Shown: positions 38,363-47,476, counted from the stretch's first letter. The stretch: 64,000 bases of DNA from an uncultured Acidobacteriaceae bacterium (GCA_963843005.1 CAWJIW010000025.1:6157-70156); one strand, 5' to 3'. Program-made: numbers and translations. The notes: a model not told the origin generated them from the sequence alone.

Positions 38363-39793
38363 TTACTCAAACTCCTTCAACTCCCGCGGATGCCGCTTCA
38401 GTTGCCATCTCCAGAAGAAATAGAAGGGCGCGCCGAGGAAGACGATGGCGATTCCAATCAGCGTTTCCTTGGGGCGGGTGACGACGGAGTTCAGCGCCCA
38501 CGCTCCCGCCATCAGCACGTACAGCGCGGGCAGGTACGGATAACCGGTGCAGCGGTAGGGACGCGGAAGATCGGGCCGCGTGCGCCGCAGCACGAACAAT
38601 CCCACCACGGCCGCGACGTAGGACAACACCATCATGAACATCACGTAGGTGTAGAGCTGGTCGAAGCTGCCACTGAGCGCCAGCACCACCGCCCATGAAC
38701 TGAGCGCGATCAGGCTGAATGCCGGTGTGCGATACCGCGGATGCACCCGGCCCATGGCATGGAAGAACGCGCCATCGCGCGCCATGGCAAAGGACACGCG
38801 CGCGCTGCTGAGAATGGCGCAGGACATGGCTCCGAAACAAGAGAGCGCGATGACCCCGCTCAACCAGCGCGCGGCATTCGACGAGAAGAGCGTGACTGCG
38901 GCCGCGTGAGCGATGGTCTCCTCCTGCGCCACGCGCGTGATCGGCAGCGCATAGAGATAAACCGCGTTCACCGCCAGATAAACGACTCCCACCAGCAGCA
39001 CTCCCATCACCATGGCGCGCGGCAGCACACGCTGCGGATTCTTGATTTCACCCGCTACCCAGGTGATGTACACCCAGCCATCGAATGCCCAGAAGACTCC
39101 GATCAGCGCGACCCCGAATGCGGAGATGATATGACTGAACGAGACGGGTTGCTCAGCGGGAATGCTGACCGCGTAGTTCGACCAGTGGCCATGACCAATC
39201 GCCAGGCCGAGCAGCACGAAAATCCCGATGGCGGCAAACTTCGCCCAGGTGGCCACGTTGATCAGCGCCGAGCCGCGCTTCAGGCCGAGCACGTTGATCG
39301 TGGTCAGCAAGACAATCGAGGCGATGGAAACGAGGTGTCCGCGGGTCAGGGGCCATCCCAGAATCACGGCTACCGGCACGTGGGCTGACGCAACGGGCAG
39401 CACCGCGCCGAAGTATTCGGCAAAGCCGACGGCGAGCGCGGCGATGGTCCCGCTCTGGCCGACGGTGAAGATCATCCAGCCGTAGAGGAACGCCGGAAAC
39501 TCGCCGTAGGCTTCGCGCAGGAAAACGTATTGCCCGCCAGCCTCGGGGAACATCGCGCCCATCTCGGCGAAGGCAAAGCACGCCAGCAAGGTGATGGTCC
39601 CGCCGATGAGCCACACGCCGAGAAAGAACCACGGCTTGTGCACAGCGGAGGCGATGGGGGCGGCGGTGAGGAAGATGCCCGAGCCGATGATGCCGCCGAC
39701 CAGCAGCATCACCGAATCCATCAGCGACAGCCCGCGCACCAGCGTGGGGTTCTGCGTCACGGAGGCTGGAGGTGCTGTGGTCGGATGGGCCAT
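38363..39793 (-). CDS. APC-superfamily amino acid permease
   Basis: 476-aa intact ORF, about 12 hydrophobic segments, typical APC N-terminus (GLSLMDSVMLLVGGIIGSGIFL). Confidence 0.85.
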   Translation of the reverse strand: MAHPTTAPPASVTQNPTLVRGLSLMDSVMLLVGGIIGSGIFLTAAPIASAVHKPWFFLGVWLIGGTITLLACFAFAEMGAMFPEAGGQYVFLREAYGEFPAFLYGWMIFTVGQSGTIAALAVGFAEYFGAVLPVASAHVPVAVILGWPLTRGHLVSIASIVLLTTINVLGLKRGSALINVATWAKFAAIGIFVLLGLAIGHGHWSNYAVSIPAEQPVSFSHIISAFGVALIGVFWAFDGWVYITWVAGEIKNPQRVLPRAMVMGVLLVGVVYLAVNAVYLYALPITRVAQEETIAHAAAVTLFSSNAARWLSGVIALSCFGAMSCAILSSARVSFAMARDGAFFHAMGRVHPRYRTPAFSLIALSSWAVVLALSGSFDQLYTYVMFMMVLSYVAAVVGLFVLRRTRPDLPRPYRCTGYPYLPALYVLMAGAWALNSVVTRPKETLIGIAIVFLGAPFYFFWRWQLKRHPRELKEFE

Positions 39794-39796
39794 GAA

Positions 39797-39973
39797 TCAG
39801 CCGATGCCGAGGTCCTCGGGCGTCTCCAGCGGCGTACCGCAGACGCGGCAGATCACCGCCGAACAGTCGCCGCAGGTGAGCGGATCATCCACTTCGTTGG
39901 CGCACTTGGGGCAGTAGAACCCGCCAGGAGAATATCCCGAGCCGTTGCTGGGCGATTCCGGAATTTGAGCCAT
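39797..39973 (-). CDS. Small zinc-ribbon protein (58 aa)
   Basis: CPKC...CGDC...CRVC Cys pairs. Its stop lies 3 nt before the permease start. Confidence 0.55.
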   Translation of the reverse strand: MAQIPESPSNGSGYSPGGFYCPKCANEVDDPLTCGDCSAVICRVCGTPLETPEDLGIG

Positions 39974-40019
39974 CAGTTCGGAGACTGTAGCATAGACCTT
40001 CGAAATCCGCGAGGACTTG

Positions 40020-40769
40020 ATGACTGACCACAGGACCGCTTCCGCCGACGAGCGCTTGCGCCAGGAATTCAACCAGTGGGCCGAGCAGGGCCGCGGCGAG
40101 GAGATGGAGAACCACCACATCAGCATCACCCAGCAGACGCTGGCGCTGATGGGGCTGAAGCCCGGCGAGCGCGTGCTCGACCTCGGCTGCGGCGCGGGAT
40201 GGGCCAGCCGCCTGCTGGCGCGTGCCGTCTCCCACCCGGACAAACCGGGCCAGGTGATCGGGCTCGACGTGTCGGACGAGATGATTCGCCGCGCCCGCGC
40301 CAACTCCAAAGAGCACGACAACATAATGTTTGTGATTGGCTCGGCGCAGCAGATTCCCTGGGAGGAAAACTTCTTCGACAAGGTGCTGTCGGTCGAATCC
40401 TTCTACTATTACGCCGACCAGGAGCGCGCGCTGGCCGAGTTGTTTCGCGTGATGGCGCCGCTGGGCGAGCTGTTCATCCTCATCAATCTCTACAAGGACA
40501 ATCCCTACTCGCTGCGCTGGGCGGATGAGTTGAAGGTCCCGGTGCAGGTGCGCTCCGAGCAGGAGTACCTTGACCTGCTGAAGGCGCACACCTTCGAAGA
40601 CGCGCGGGCGGTGCGCGTACCCGATCTGACGCCCACGCCGGAGGAGTACAGCGGCAAATGGTTCAAGAACGCCGAGGAGCTGCGCGAATTCAAGCGCATC
40701 GGCGCGCTGCTGCTGATCGCCCGCAAACCTGACTTCCTCACGCCACCACCGGCGTACCAGGTGTGGTAG
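40020..40769 (+). CDS. Class I SAM-dependent methyltransferase
   Basis: Motif I VLDLGCGAGW. Methyltransf_11-like core. Confidence 0.85.
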   Translation: MTDHRTASADERLRQEFNQWAEQGRGEEMENHHISITQQTLALMGLKPGERVLDLGCGAGWASRLLARAVSHPDKPGQVIGLDVSDEMIRRARANSKEHDNIMFVIGSAQQIPWEENFFDKVLSVESFYYYADQERALAELFRVMAPLGELFILINLYKDNPYSLRWADELKVPVQVRSEQEYLDLLKAHTFEDARAVRVPDLTPTPEEYSGKWFKNAEELREFKRIGALLLIARKPDFLTPPPAYQVW

Positions 40770-40785
40770 GGCGCAAATAATTTCG

Positions 40786-40854
40786 ATTGTCATCCCGAGC
40801 GAGGACAGCCCAAGAATGCGGGTGCCCCACCCAAGCCTCTTTTGCTTGGGTGGG
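40786..40854. repeat. Family C head fused to Family B hairpin
   Basis: tgtcatcccgagcgaggacagcccaagaatgcgggtgccccacccaagcctcttttgcttgggtggg. Confidence 0.65.
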
Positions 40855-40894
40855 ATTCTCGTTCGCATACCGGGTGTACTGACTTCAGCGACGC

Positions 40895-41674
40895 CTACAT
40901 GCTTCCCCGCCCCGACCCCAGGTGGATGCTGCCGTTCACGTTGCTCAGTTCGATTTGGGTCCCGCCGTTGCCCAGTTTCCCGGAAATGTTGTGCGAGCCA
41001 AACGTGCCTTGCACGGTAAGCGGGAAATCCGACTTGATGCCGCCATTCACGGTCGAGGCCTTGACGTCGGCGTTCGGCGATGCCGGCAGACCCAGCGCGA
41101 TGCTTCCATTGACCGACTTGAGCTTGATCTCGCGCACGTTGTTCAGCGAGGCATAGTTCGCCTCGATGGCGCCATTGACACTGGAAACAGTGGCTTCTCC
41201 GGCGAGATCGCTGATGTGGGCCTTGCCGTTCACCAGGCTGGCCTCAACTTCGCCCGTCACCTTTTGCACGGTGAGCGAGCCGTTGACCAGGCTAATGTGG
41301 TCGAGACTGGCATTCTGCGGAACGTGCACTGTGTAATGCACCGATGCTGGATTGTTGTTGGTGTGGTTGTGGGGAAACTGAGTGCGGATCTTCACGTAGT
41401 CGCTGCCGCTTTCGACCTCGATGTGCGCCTCGTCAAGCTTCTGCTGATCGCGTGCTTTTTTCACCGCGTCAATTTGCACCTCGTTGCGGTCCCAACCGGT
41501 GATTTCCGCGTCGCCGTTGACGTTGTCCAGCGAGACGCGCCCGTTCGCGGAAAGCGCAACGGTGCGATGAAATTCTTCCGAAACCTGAGCGTGGGCCGAA
41601 ACGGCCAAGAGCAGCGCTAACAACGTGCCCAGAACTGCCCCGCCCCAAGTCGCGTATTTACGAGTGTTCGCCAT
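40895..41674 (-). CDS. DUF4097-family beta-strand repeat protein (putative adhesin), secreted
   Basis: Signal peptide. Recurrent VNG(S/A/D)I/L units (NVNGDAEI, LVNGSLTV, SVNGAIEA, SVNGSIAL, TVNGGIKS, NVNGSIHL). Confidence 0.75.
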   Translation of the reverse strand: MANTRKYATWGGAVLGTLLALLLAVSAHAQVSEEFHRTVALSANGRVSLDNVNGDAEITGWDRNEVQIDAVKKARDQQKLDEAHIEVESGSDYVKIRTQFPHNHTNNNPASVHYTVHVPQNASLDHISLVNGSLTVQKVTGEVEASLVNGKAHISDLAGEATVSSVNGAIEANYASLNNVREIKLKSVNGSIALGLPASPNADVKASTVNGGIKSDFPLTVQGTFGSHNISGKLGNGGTQIELSNVNGSIHLGSGRGSM

Positions 41675-41789
41675 ATCGCCTCCTGTCGCCTGTTTGACGG
41701 GAGATACGAGTGAACGTCATGGAATGTTCCTGAGAAGAATCGCAGCTTGGTGCATAAGTCCGCGCCGGCGCCGAGCCAGGCGGGTTTCG

Positions 41790-42027
41790 CGAGTCTGAAC
41801 CTGATTATTCGCCTGTTTCGGAAGCTGAAGAAGGTAGGTTTTGAAAGGGCACGGCTTCAGCCGTGCCGTTACGTGCGTGAAGAGTTGGGCTTCAGCCCCT
41901 GAGGAAACTCGCACTCCCTCTCAAACTGGAAATCCCTCAGTGGCTAAAGCCGAATTCACGACAGGACCTCTACGGCACGGCTGAAGCTGTGCCCCTTCAA
42001 AGCGCGAGATCCTCATGAATAATCCAG
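41790..42027. repeat. Two Family A composite elements back to back in inverted orientation
   Basis: Forward copy ...ctgattattcgcctgtttcgg...ttttgaaagggcacggcttcagccgtgccgttac...gggcttcagcccctgagg. Reverse copy ccctcagtggctaaagcc...tacggcacggctgaagctgtgccccttcaaagc...tgaataatccagg. Confidence 0.75.
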
Positions 42028-42168
42028 GTGAAGGCCCGCGCTTCCACCAAGAACACCGGAGGACCATTTGTGAAAGGAGCTCCACCTCCATCGGGATGGT
42101 TCAGGCCCGTTCCGCGGCCGCCGGAGCGTAACATTTATAATTCAGCAGCTGGAAAACGAGGTATTACC

Positions 42169-42441
42169 ATGCCGAAGTTCGTCATCGAGAGAGACATTCC
42201 GGGAGCTGGCAAGCTGTCATCGGAGCAACTGCAGGCAATAGCGCAGAAGTCGTGTGGCGTTCTTCGAGAGATGGGTCCACAGATTCAGTGGGTTCAGAGC
42301 TACGTCACGGACGACAAAATCTACTGCATATACATCGCCCCCGATGAGGATGCCATACGCAAGCATGCGCAGCAGGGTGGTTTTCCAGCCAACCGGATCT
42401 CGCGAATTCGGTCGGTGATCGATCCGACGACCTCTGAGTAG
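42169..42441 (+). CDS. DUF4242 domain protein
   Basis: MPKFVIERDIPGAGKLSSEQLQAIAQKSCGVL...SYVTDDKIYCIYIAPDE...GGFPANRIS. Confidence 0.7.
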   Translation: MPKFVIERDIPGAGKLSSEQLQAIAQKSCGVLREMGPQIQWVQSYVTDDKIYCIYIAPDEDAIRKHAQQGGFPANRISRIRSVIDPTTSE

Positions 42442-42502
42442 CCGCAGAAGTTATTCGGCTTATAATCGCAACTCGTTCGCTCCAGAAAACGGTTTTCCCG
42501 TC

Positions 42503-43681
42503 GTGGCCCAGAATTCAGCACCGCCCATCAACGGCATGTGGACGCGCAAGGCCCCTGAGAGCCGCGGCGAATCTCCGGACCTTCGCGCCGTCCGCTCTGC
42601 GGTCACGGTCACCGCGACCGTGCTCAACGAAGCGCAGGACATTGACGGGCTCGTCAGCAGCCTCATGGAGCAAAGCCTGCCTCCCGCCGAAGTCATCATC
42701 GTGGATGGCGGTTCCACGGACGGCACATGGGAGCGGCTGCAGGCGGCGCGGTCAAAGTATCCCAGCCTCATCCCCATCCGCGATGAGAGTTGCAACCTGA
42801 GGCGCTCGCCCGGGCCCATCGCTCGCGGACGCAACATTGCCGCCGCCACCGCCACCTCCGACGTGATTGCCTGCGTGGACGCCGGTTGCACCTACGAGCG
42901 CGAATGGCTCGCCAACCTCACCGCGCCCATTCGTCAGCAGCAGGCGGAATATGCGGTTGGGGGATCGTGCATTGACCCAGCAGGTCGGACAACGTGGGAC
43001 ATCGCTTCCGCGCCATTCTTCGGCATCAAGCTGGACGCGGACGAACCCACCAAGTCATGCACGGCGCGCTCCATGGCCTTCCGCAAAGAAATCTGGGAGC
43101 AGGTAGGTGGATTTCCCGAAGATGTTTTTCTGGGAGAAGATACGGTATTCGACGGCCGGGTGCGCAAGCTGGTAACCCCGGCATTTGCGGAAAGCGCCAA
43201 GGCCGTCTACCGGCCACAGCACACGTTCAAGTCTGCGATGACGCAACTCGCCAGCTATGCGGAGACCGATGGCGTGCTGGGCGCGCGGCCGATGCGGCTG
43301 GTCAGAAACCTGGCGCGCTGTGTTGCCGAGGTAGCGGCGGTCGCTGTGGTTCCCTTCACCGCGATTCCGCTGGCCTGCGTGCTCGCACTGGAAACCTACT
43401 TCGCCTTCCGCCTCGACTGGCGGGACTATCCCGGAAAATCCTCGCCGCGATTGCTGGGCGCGACGGCTGCTGTTCTCCCTGCTGGTGCCGTGGGTTGTCT
43501 CGTGGAACCACATCGCGGGCGCGCTGACCAAGACCAACCAGCCCAACCGGCAGAATGTGGGCTAACGTGCGCCTCCTGTCCAAATATCGCATTGTCATCC
43601 CGACTCTTTACCCCTAGAGCTTGTCATCCCGAGGCAAGAGAGCGCAGTGAACGTAGTCGAGGGATCTGCGTTTGCTTCTGA
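42503..43681 (+). CDS. Family 2 glycosyltransferase (C-terminus uncertain)
   Basis: VTATVLNEAQDI...VIIVDGGSTDGT...DAGC. After about 43450 the track frame reads through a Family C repeat. The alternative frame gives LLFSLLVPWVVSWNHIAGALTKTNQPNRQNVG* ending near 43565. Confidence 0.75.
   Translation: MAQNSAPPINGMWTRKAPESRGESPDLRAVRSAVTVTATVLNEAQDIDGLVSSLMEQSLPPAEVIIVDGGSTDGTWERLQAARSKYPSLIPIRDESCNLRRSPGPIARGRNIAAATATSDVIACVDAGCTYEREWLANLTAPIRQQQAEYAVGGSCIDPAGRTTWDIASAPFFGIKLDADEPTKSCTARSMAFRKEIWEQVGGFPEDVFLGEDTVFDGRVRKLVTPAFAESAKAVYRPQHTFKSAMTQLASYAETDGVLGARPMRLVRNLARCVAEVAAVAVVPFTAIPLACVLALETYFAFRLDWRDYPGKSSPRLLGATAAVLPAGAVGCLVEPHRGRADQDQPAQPAECGLTCASCPNIALSSRLFTPRACHPEARERSERSRGICVCF
43593..43678. 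repeat. Family C heads (two tandem TGTCATCCCGA starts)
   Basis: tgtcatcccgactctttacccctagagcttgtcatcccgaggcaagagagcgcagtgaacgtagtcgagggatctgcgtttgc. Confidence 0.6.
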
Positions 43682-43697
43682 AATCGTCGATGTGCCA

Positions 43698-44080
43698 GTC
43701 CCGCCCGGCGGGACGAAACTGATTAGCCCACAGCGGAGCCGAACAAAACACATTGGCCAAGCTGCATCCCCGCGGGTGCTGCGCAGATAAGGAACCGCCA
43801 GCACACGAGTCCCGCCCAGCGGGACGAAACTGATTAGCCCACAGCGGAGCCGAACAAAACACATTGGCCAAGCTGCATCCCCGCGGGAGCTGCGCAGATA
43901 AGGAACCGCCAGCACACGAGTCCCGCCCGGCGGGACGAAACTGACTAGCCCACAGCGGAAGCTGAACAAAACACATTGGCCAAGCTGCATCCCCGCGGGT
44001 GCTGCGCAGATAAGGAATCGCCAGCACACGAGTCCCGCCCGGCGGGACGAAACTGATTAGCCCACAGCGGAAGCTGTGGG
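43698..44080. repeat. Non-coding tandem array, 3.4 copies of a 111-bp unit
   Basis: Unit starts at 43698, 43809, 43920 and 44032. Units 1 and 2 differ at 2 positions. Each unit opens with the 17-nt palindrome GTCCCGCCCGGCGGGAC followed by GAAAC. Confidence 0.9.
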
Positions 44081-44099
44081 TAAACGGTGATTTTGTTTT

Positions 44100-44225
44100 C
44101 CGAACCCCTTCAGCCTGGATTATTCACCTGTTTCGGCACCTGAAGACGGCGGGTTTTGAAAGGGCACGGCTTTTAGCCGTGCCGTTACGCGTGGGTGGAG
44201 TGGTGGGCTTCAGCCCCCGAGATTC
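44100..44225. repeat. Family A composite element (forward)
   Basis: cctggattattcacctgtttcgg...ttttgaaagggcacggcttttagccgtgccgttac...gggcttcagcccccgag. Confidence 0.7.
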
Positions 44226-44285
44226 TCTGTTAAAACGCAAGCTTTTTTCTTCTCTGGAGAGGTGGCGGAGAACCTCTCTTCTTTT

Positions 44286-45284
44286 TCAGCGAACCGCCGC
44301 TCCCCCCGGCGGACACAACCGGGCTCCGTCGTAGGGCTGGTCGTGACGAAACATGCCTACGATGGCGTGCAGCAGCTTGCGCATGACCGCCACCAGGGCC
44401 TGCATTTTCTCCTTCCCGGCAGCCAGCAGGCGCTGGTAAAAGGCCCGCAGATACGGCTCCTGATAGGCCGCCGTCAGCGCCGACATGTACAACGCCTTGC
44501 GCAAGTAAGCGTTGCCGGCATGACTGATATGCGGCTTCTTCTGCACCGAGCTGCCGGAAATAAACTCCACGACATCCAGACCAGCGTGCTTGGTCAACTC
44601 GCGGGCCGAGCGCTCCCCGATCACCACCAGCTCGCCCAGCACCGCCAAAGCCGTAGCTTCCCCTATCCCTTTGGGGCTGTCCAGCAACTGCAGGCGACGC
44701 TGCAGCACAGGATCACGGCTGACCAGCGCCAGGGCGGCCTTGGTCATGCGTGCCAGGCTGCGTTGCAAGTGGGCAATGGTTCGCCCCAACTCCCGCACCA
44801 CACAGGCCGGCGTACTGCTAGAAACCTGAGCGGCGTGCAAGCGACAGCGAAACGTCGCCCGCTCCTGGGTGAGCGACGACCGTTGCCGGGTGATGGCGCG
44901 CAACTGCAGGTCCTGCTCCCGCGGCGGCTGCCACCGCGTAAACGGCATGCGCGCCGCATACTCCAACAACACCGCGCTGTCCACCGGATCGTTCTTGCTG
45001 CGCTGCTCCAGCGCCTGGGCAAAGTGGCGAGCCGCTTTAGGGTTGATCACTTCCAACTCGACTTCCTCCTGCCCCGCCAGCACCAGGGCCACGTCCAAAC
45101 TGTAGTTGCCACTGGCTTCCAGACAGACCCGTATCGCCTCGCCCCGCCGCCCCAGCAAATACCCCACCAGGGCCTTATGCCCCGATGGCGTGTTGGCAAA
45201 GCGACGCACTGCTTCCTCCCGCTCTGGCCCACGAACCTTCACCACTAACTCCTGAGCACTGACATCGATTCCGCAAAAATTCAC
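44286..45284 (-). CDS. IS110-family transposase/recombinase (DEDD RuvC-like N-domain plus Transposase_20 C-domain)
   Basis: MNFCGIDVS..., LEASGNYS, KNDPVDSA. C-terminal GIGEATALAVLGE...FISGSSVQKKPHISHAGNAYLRKALYMSAL. Confidence 0.9.
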   Translation of the reverse strand: MNFCGIDVSAQELVVKVRGPEREEAVRRFANTPSGHKALVGYLLGRRGEAIRVCLEASGNYSLDVALVLAGQEEVELEVINPKAARHFAQALEQRSKNDPVDSAVLLEYAARMPFTRWQPPREQDLQLRAITRQRSSLTQERATFRCRLHAAQVSSSTPACVVRELGRTIAHLQRSLARMTKAALALVSRDPVLQRRLQLLDSPKGIGEATALAVLGELVVIGERSARELTKHAGLDVVEFISGSSVQKKPHISHAGNAYLRKALYMSALTAAYQEPYLRAFYQRLLAAGKEKMQALVAVMRKLLHAIVGMFRHDQPYDGARLCPPGGAAVR

Positions 45285-45560
45285 GCGCGCTCTCCTTGTG
45301 TGCTAGGCTGGCTCCGGCTTCCCGCCCAACGCCAACTCTCCGGCCGACCTTGAATATGCAGGCTTCGCGCCTCGGATTCTCCGCGGTTTCCGGAAAGCAG
45401 GGCGGGAGGCCGATCTCAGGACAGGCTTACGATGCCTCGGGCACCGCGCCTCAGGGAACTACGGCCTTCCCGCCGGAACCCCATACCTGCCATTCCCACT
45501 TAACACCCCATGGCAGCCTTGGGGAGTAGCAAGCAACATACAAGGGAACTCGCACGTCGT
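45285..45560 (-). ncRNA. Candidate structured 5' leader of the IS110 element (possible guide/bridge-type RNA)
   Basis: About 275 nt with no ORF upstream of the recombinase. Long-range stem gggcgggaggccg (45400-45412) / cggccttcccgcc (45462-45474). Hairpin ctgccat (45487-45493) / atggcag (45510-45516). Confidence 0.25.
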
Positions 45561-45668
45561 CTCAAGACCGAAGTCCCTCAGTGGCTAAAGCCAGCATAAT
45601 GACAGCGGCTTTACGGCACGGCTGAAGCCGTGCCCCTTCAAAGCGCGAAATCTCATGAATAATCCAGG
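45560..45668. repeat. Family A composite element (reverse)
   Basis: ccctcagtggctaaagcc...ttacggcacggctgaagccgtgccccttcaaagcgcgaaatctcatgaataatccagg. Confidence 0.7.
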
Positions 45669-46025
45669 CTTCAGGGGTGACACAGGCTGAACATTCGTCT
45701 AAGCAGGATTTCCTCGCGATGTTGCAGGGGCCAATGACCGCTTTCGAGACGGACCGCGTTCTTGCCTGAATTGTGCCGCCCCCTAAAAGGGGGCGCTCGA
45801 GGGTCATCAGGGGCTACTTTCCCAGCGCTTCCGCGCTGCGCTAATCAGTTCCGCCCTCCGGGCTGGCATCTGCGCGAAAGAAGATCGGTAAGCGGCGTAT
45901 GCTAAAACCCGATCCGAAAGGGAGGCGAGTTTCGTGGACCTGAAAGCTTGCCCTGAGCGCAGCCGAAGGGACCCGGCGCTTCCACCAAAAAATGACATCC
46001 GCCAGGAAACGCGGAAAGAGGGTTT

Positions 46026-47421
46026 ATGAAACAAGAACAAGCTCTTCTCAGGCGCGAACGTATAATCGGCCATTACCAAATCTTGCTGCTCGGCAGGCAC
46101 GTGGCGAATCCCGAACATCTCGCGAAGCTTAAGGGAGGGGTCCAGGCGTGGAGTCGGTGGAGGAAGCAGAATCCTCATATCCGGCCAGATCTCATCTCGG
46201 CGAACCTCCCATGGGCGGAGCTCAGCGGGGCGAACCTCGCCGGGGCGGATCTCAGCGAGGCAAACCTCAGCGAGGCGGACCTCAGCGGGGCGAACCTCAG
46301 CGGGGCGAACCTCGCCGGAGCGGATCTCAGCAAGGCAAACCTCGGCGAGGCGGACTTCAGCGGGGCGAACCTCAGCGGGGCGCACCTCAAACGGGCGGTC
46401 CTCAATACGGCGAACCTCCACGAGGCAGACCTTTTCGGGGCGAACCTCAGCGAGGCGAACCTCAGGAAGGCGGACCTCAGCGGGGCGGACCTGAGTGGGG
46501 CAGACCTGAGTGGGGCAGACCTCCGCGAGGCGGACCTCGACGGGGCGAGCCTCGGCGAGGCGAAACTCAGCAAGGCGAACCTCACCGGGGCGAACCTCAG
46601 CAATGCGAAGCTCGGCGGGGCGGACCTCCACGTATGCAAACCTTCGCGGGGCCAGCCTCCGCGCGGCCGACTTCACCAGAGCGGACCTCAGCATAGCAGA
46701 CCTCTGCGGGGCGAGCCTCTGGGGCGCGAACCTCTCCGGGGCGGACCTCAGCGGGGCGATCCTCAGCGAGGCGACCTTGGTCAGCACTAACCTCGAAGGA
46801 GCAAATCTGACGGATTGTCACGTGTATGGAGTCTCCGCTTGGAACGTAAAGCTGGAAGGAGCCATCCAATCGAACCTGGTGATCACGCCTAAGGATGAAT
46901 CGCCGATCCAGGTGGACAATCTCGAAGTGGCCCAATTCATTTACCTGCTTCTCAACAACCAGAAAATCCGCAGCGTCATCGACACCATCACTTCCAAAGT
47001 GGTGTTAATTCTGGGCCGTTTCACACCGGAACGAAAGGTCGTTCTCGACGCGATTCGAGACGAGCTCCGCAAGCGCGATTATTTGCCGGTCTTGTTCGAT
47101 TTCGAGAAGCCTGCCAGCCGCAACTTAACAGAAACGGTTTCCACCCTCGCCCACATGGCGCGGTTCGTGATCGCTGACATTACCGACGCAAAGAGCATTC
47201 CGCAGGAATTGATGGCAATCGTCCCGAATATGCCCTCCGTTCCGGTTCGGCCGCTGCTATTGGCTTCCCAGCAGGAGTACGGCATGTTCGAACATTTCCG
47301 CAACTTCCCGTGGGTGCTGGAAGAAGTCCTGTACAACGACCAGCAAACGCTCTTGGCGGAGTTGAGCGAAAAAGTGATTGCTCCGGCGGAAACGAAGGCG
47401 AAGGAACTCGCACGGAAGTAG
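46026..47421 (+). CDS. Pentapeptide-repeat protein with an uncharacterised C-terminal alpha/beta domain (one apparent frameshift near 46628)
   Basis: About 40 A(D/N)LXX pentapeptides ([13 protein letters not shown]...). C-terminal part [71 protein letters not shown]. Track ORFs 46026-46790 and 46510-47421 join at ...[13 protein letters not shown]. Confidence 0.8.
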
Positions 47422-47476
47422 CGGGCTGCGGAAAGAGTCCGAAAAGCGGATTCCTCAAGGCTGAGGGATTTGCGTT

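Noticed and set aside
43595-44029. Minus-strand ORFs (144 and 137 aa) across the 111-bp tandem array; also the idea that the array is a CRISPR locus.
   Set aside because: The ORFs are periodic artefacts of the repeat. CRISPR is rejected because the sequence between the palindromic cores is itself repeated almost identically (no unique spacers), the period is 111 bp, and there are no cas genes.
45562-45807. 81-aa ORF between the IS110 leader and the pentapeptide gene.
   Set aside because: It is composed largely of a Family A repeat copy (45560-45668). Comparable pseudo-ORFs arise at other copies.
45807-46787. 326-aa ORF on the minus strand opposite the pentapeptide-repeat gene, plus the plus-strand frames 46148-46696 and the minus-strand frame 46175-46639.
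   Set aside because: It translates to monotonous (L/F)(A/R)P.R / EVRPA repeats. These are simply the other frames of the A(D/N)LXX repeat DNA. There is no independent start context or domain.
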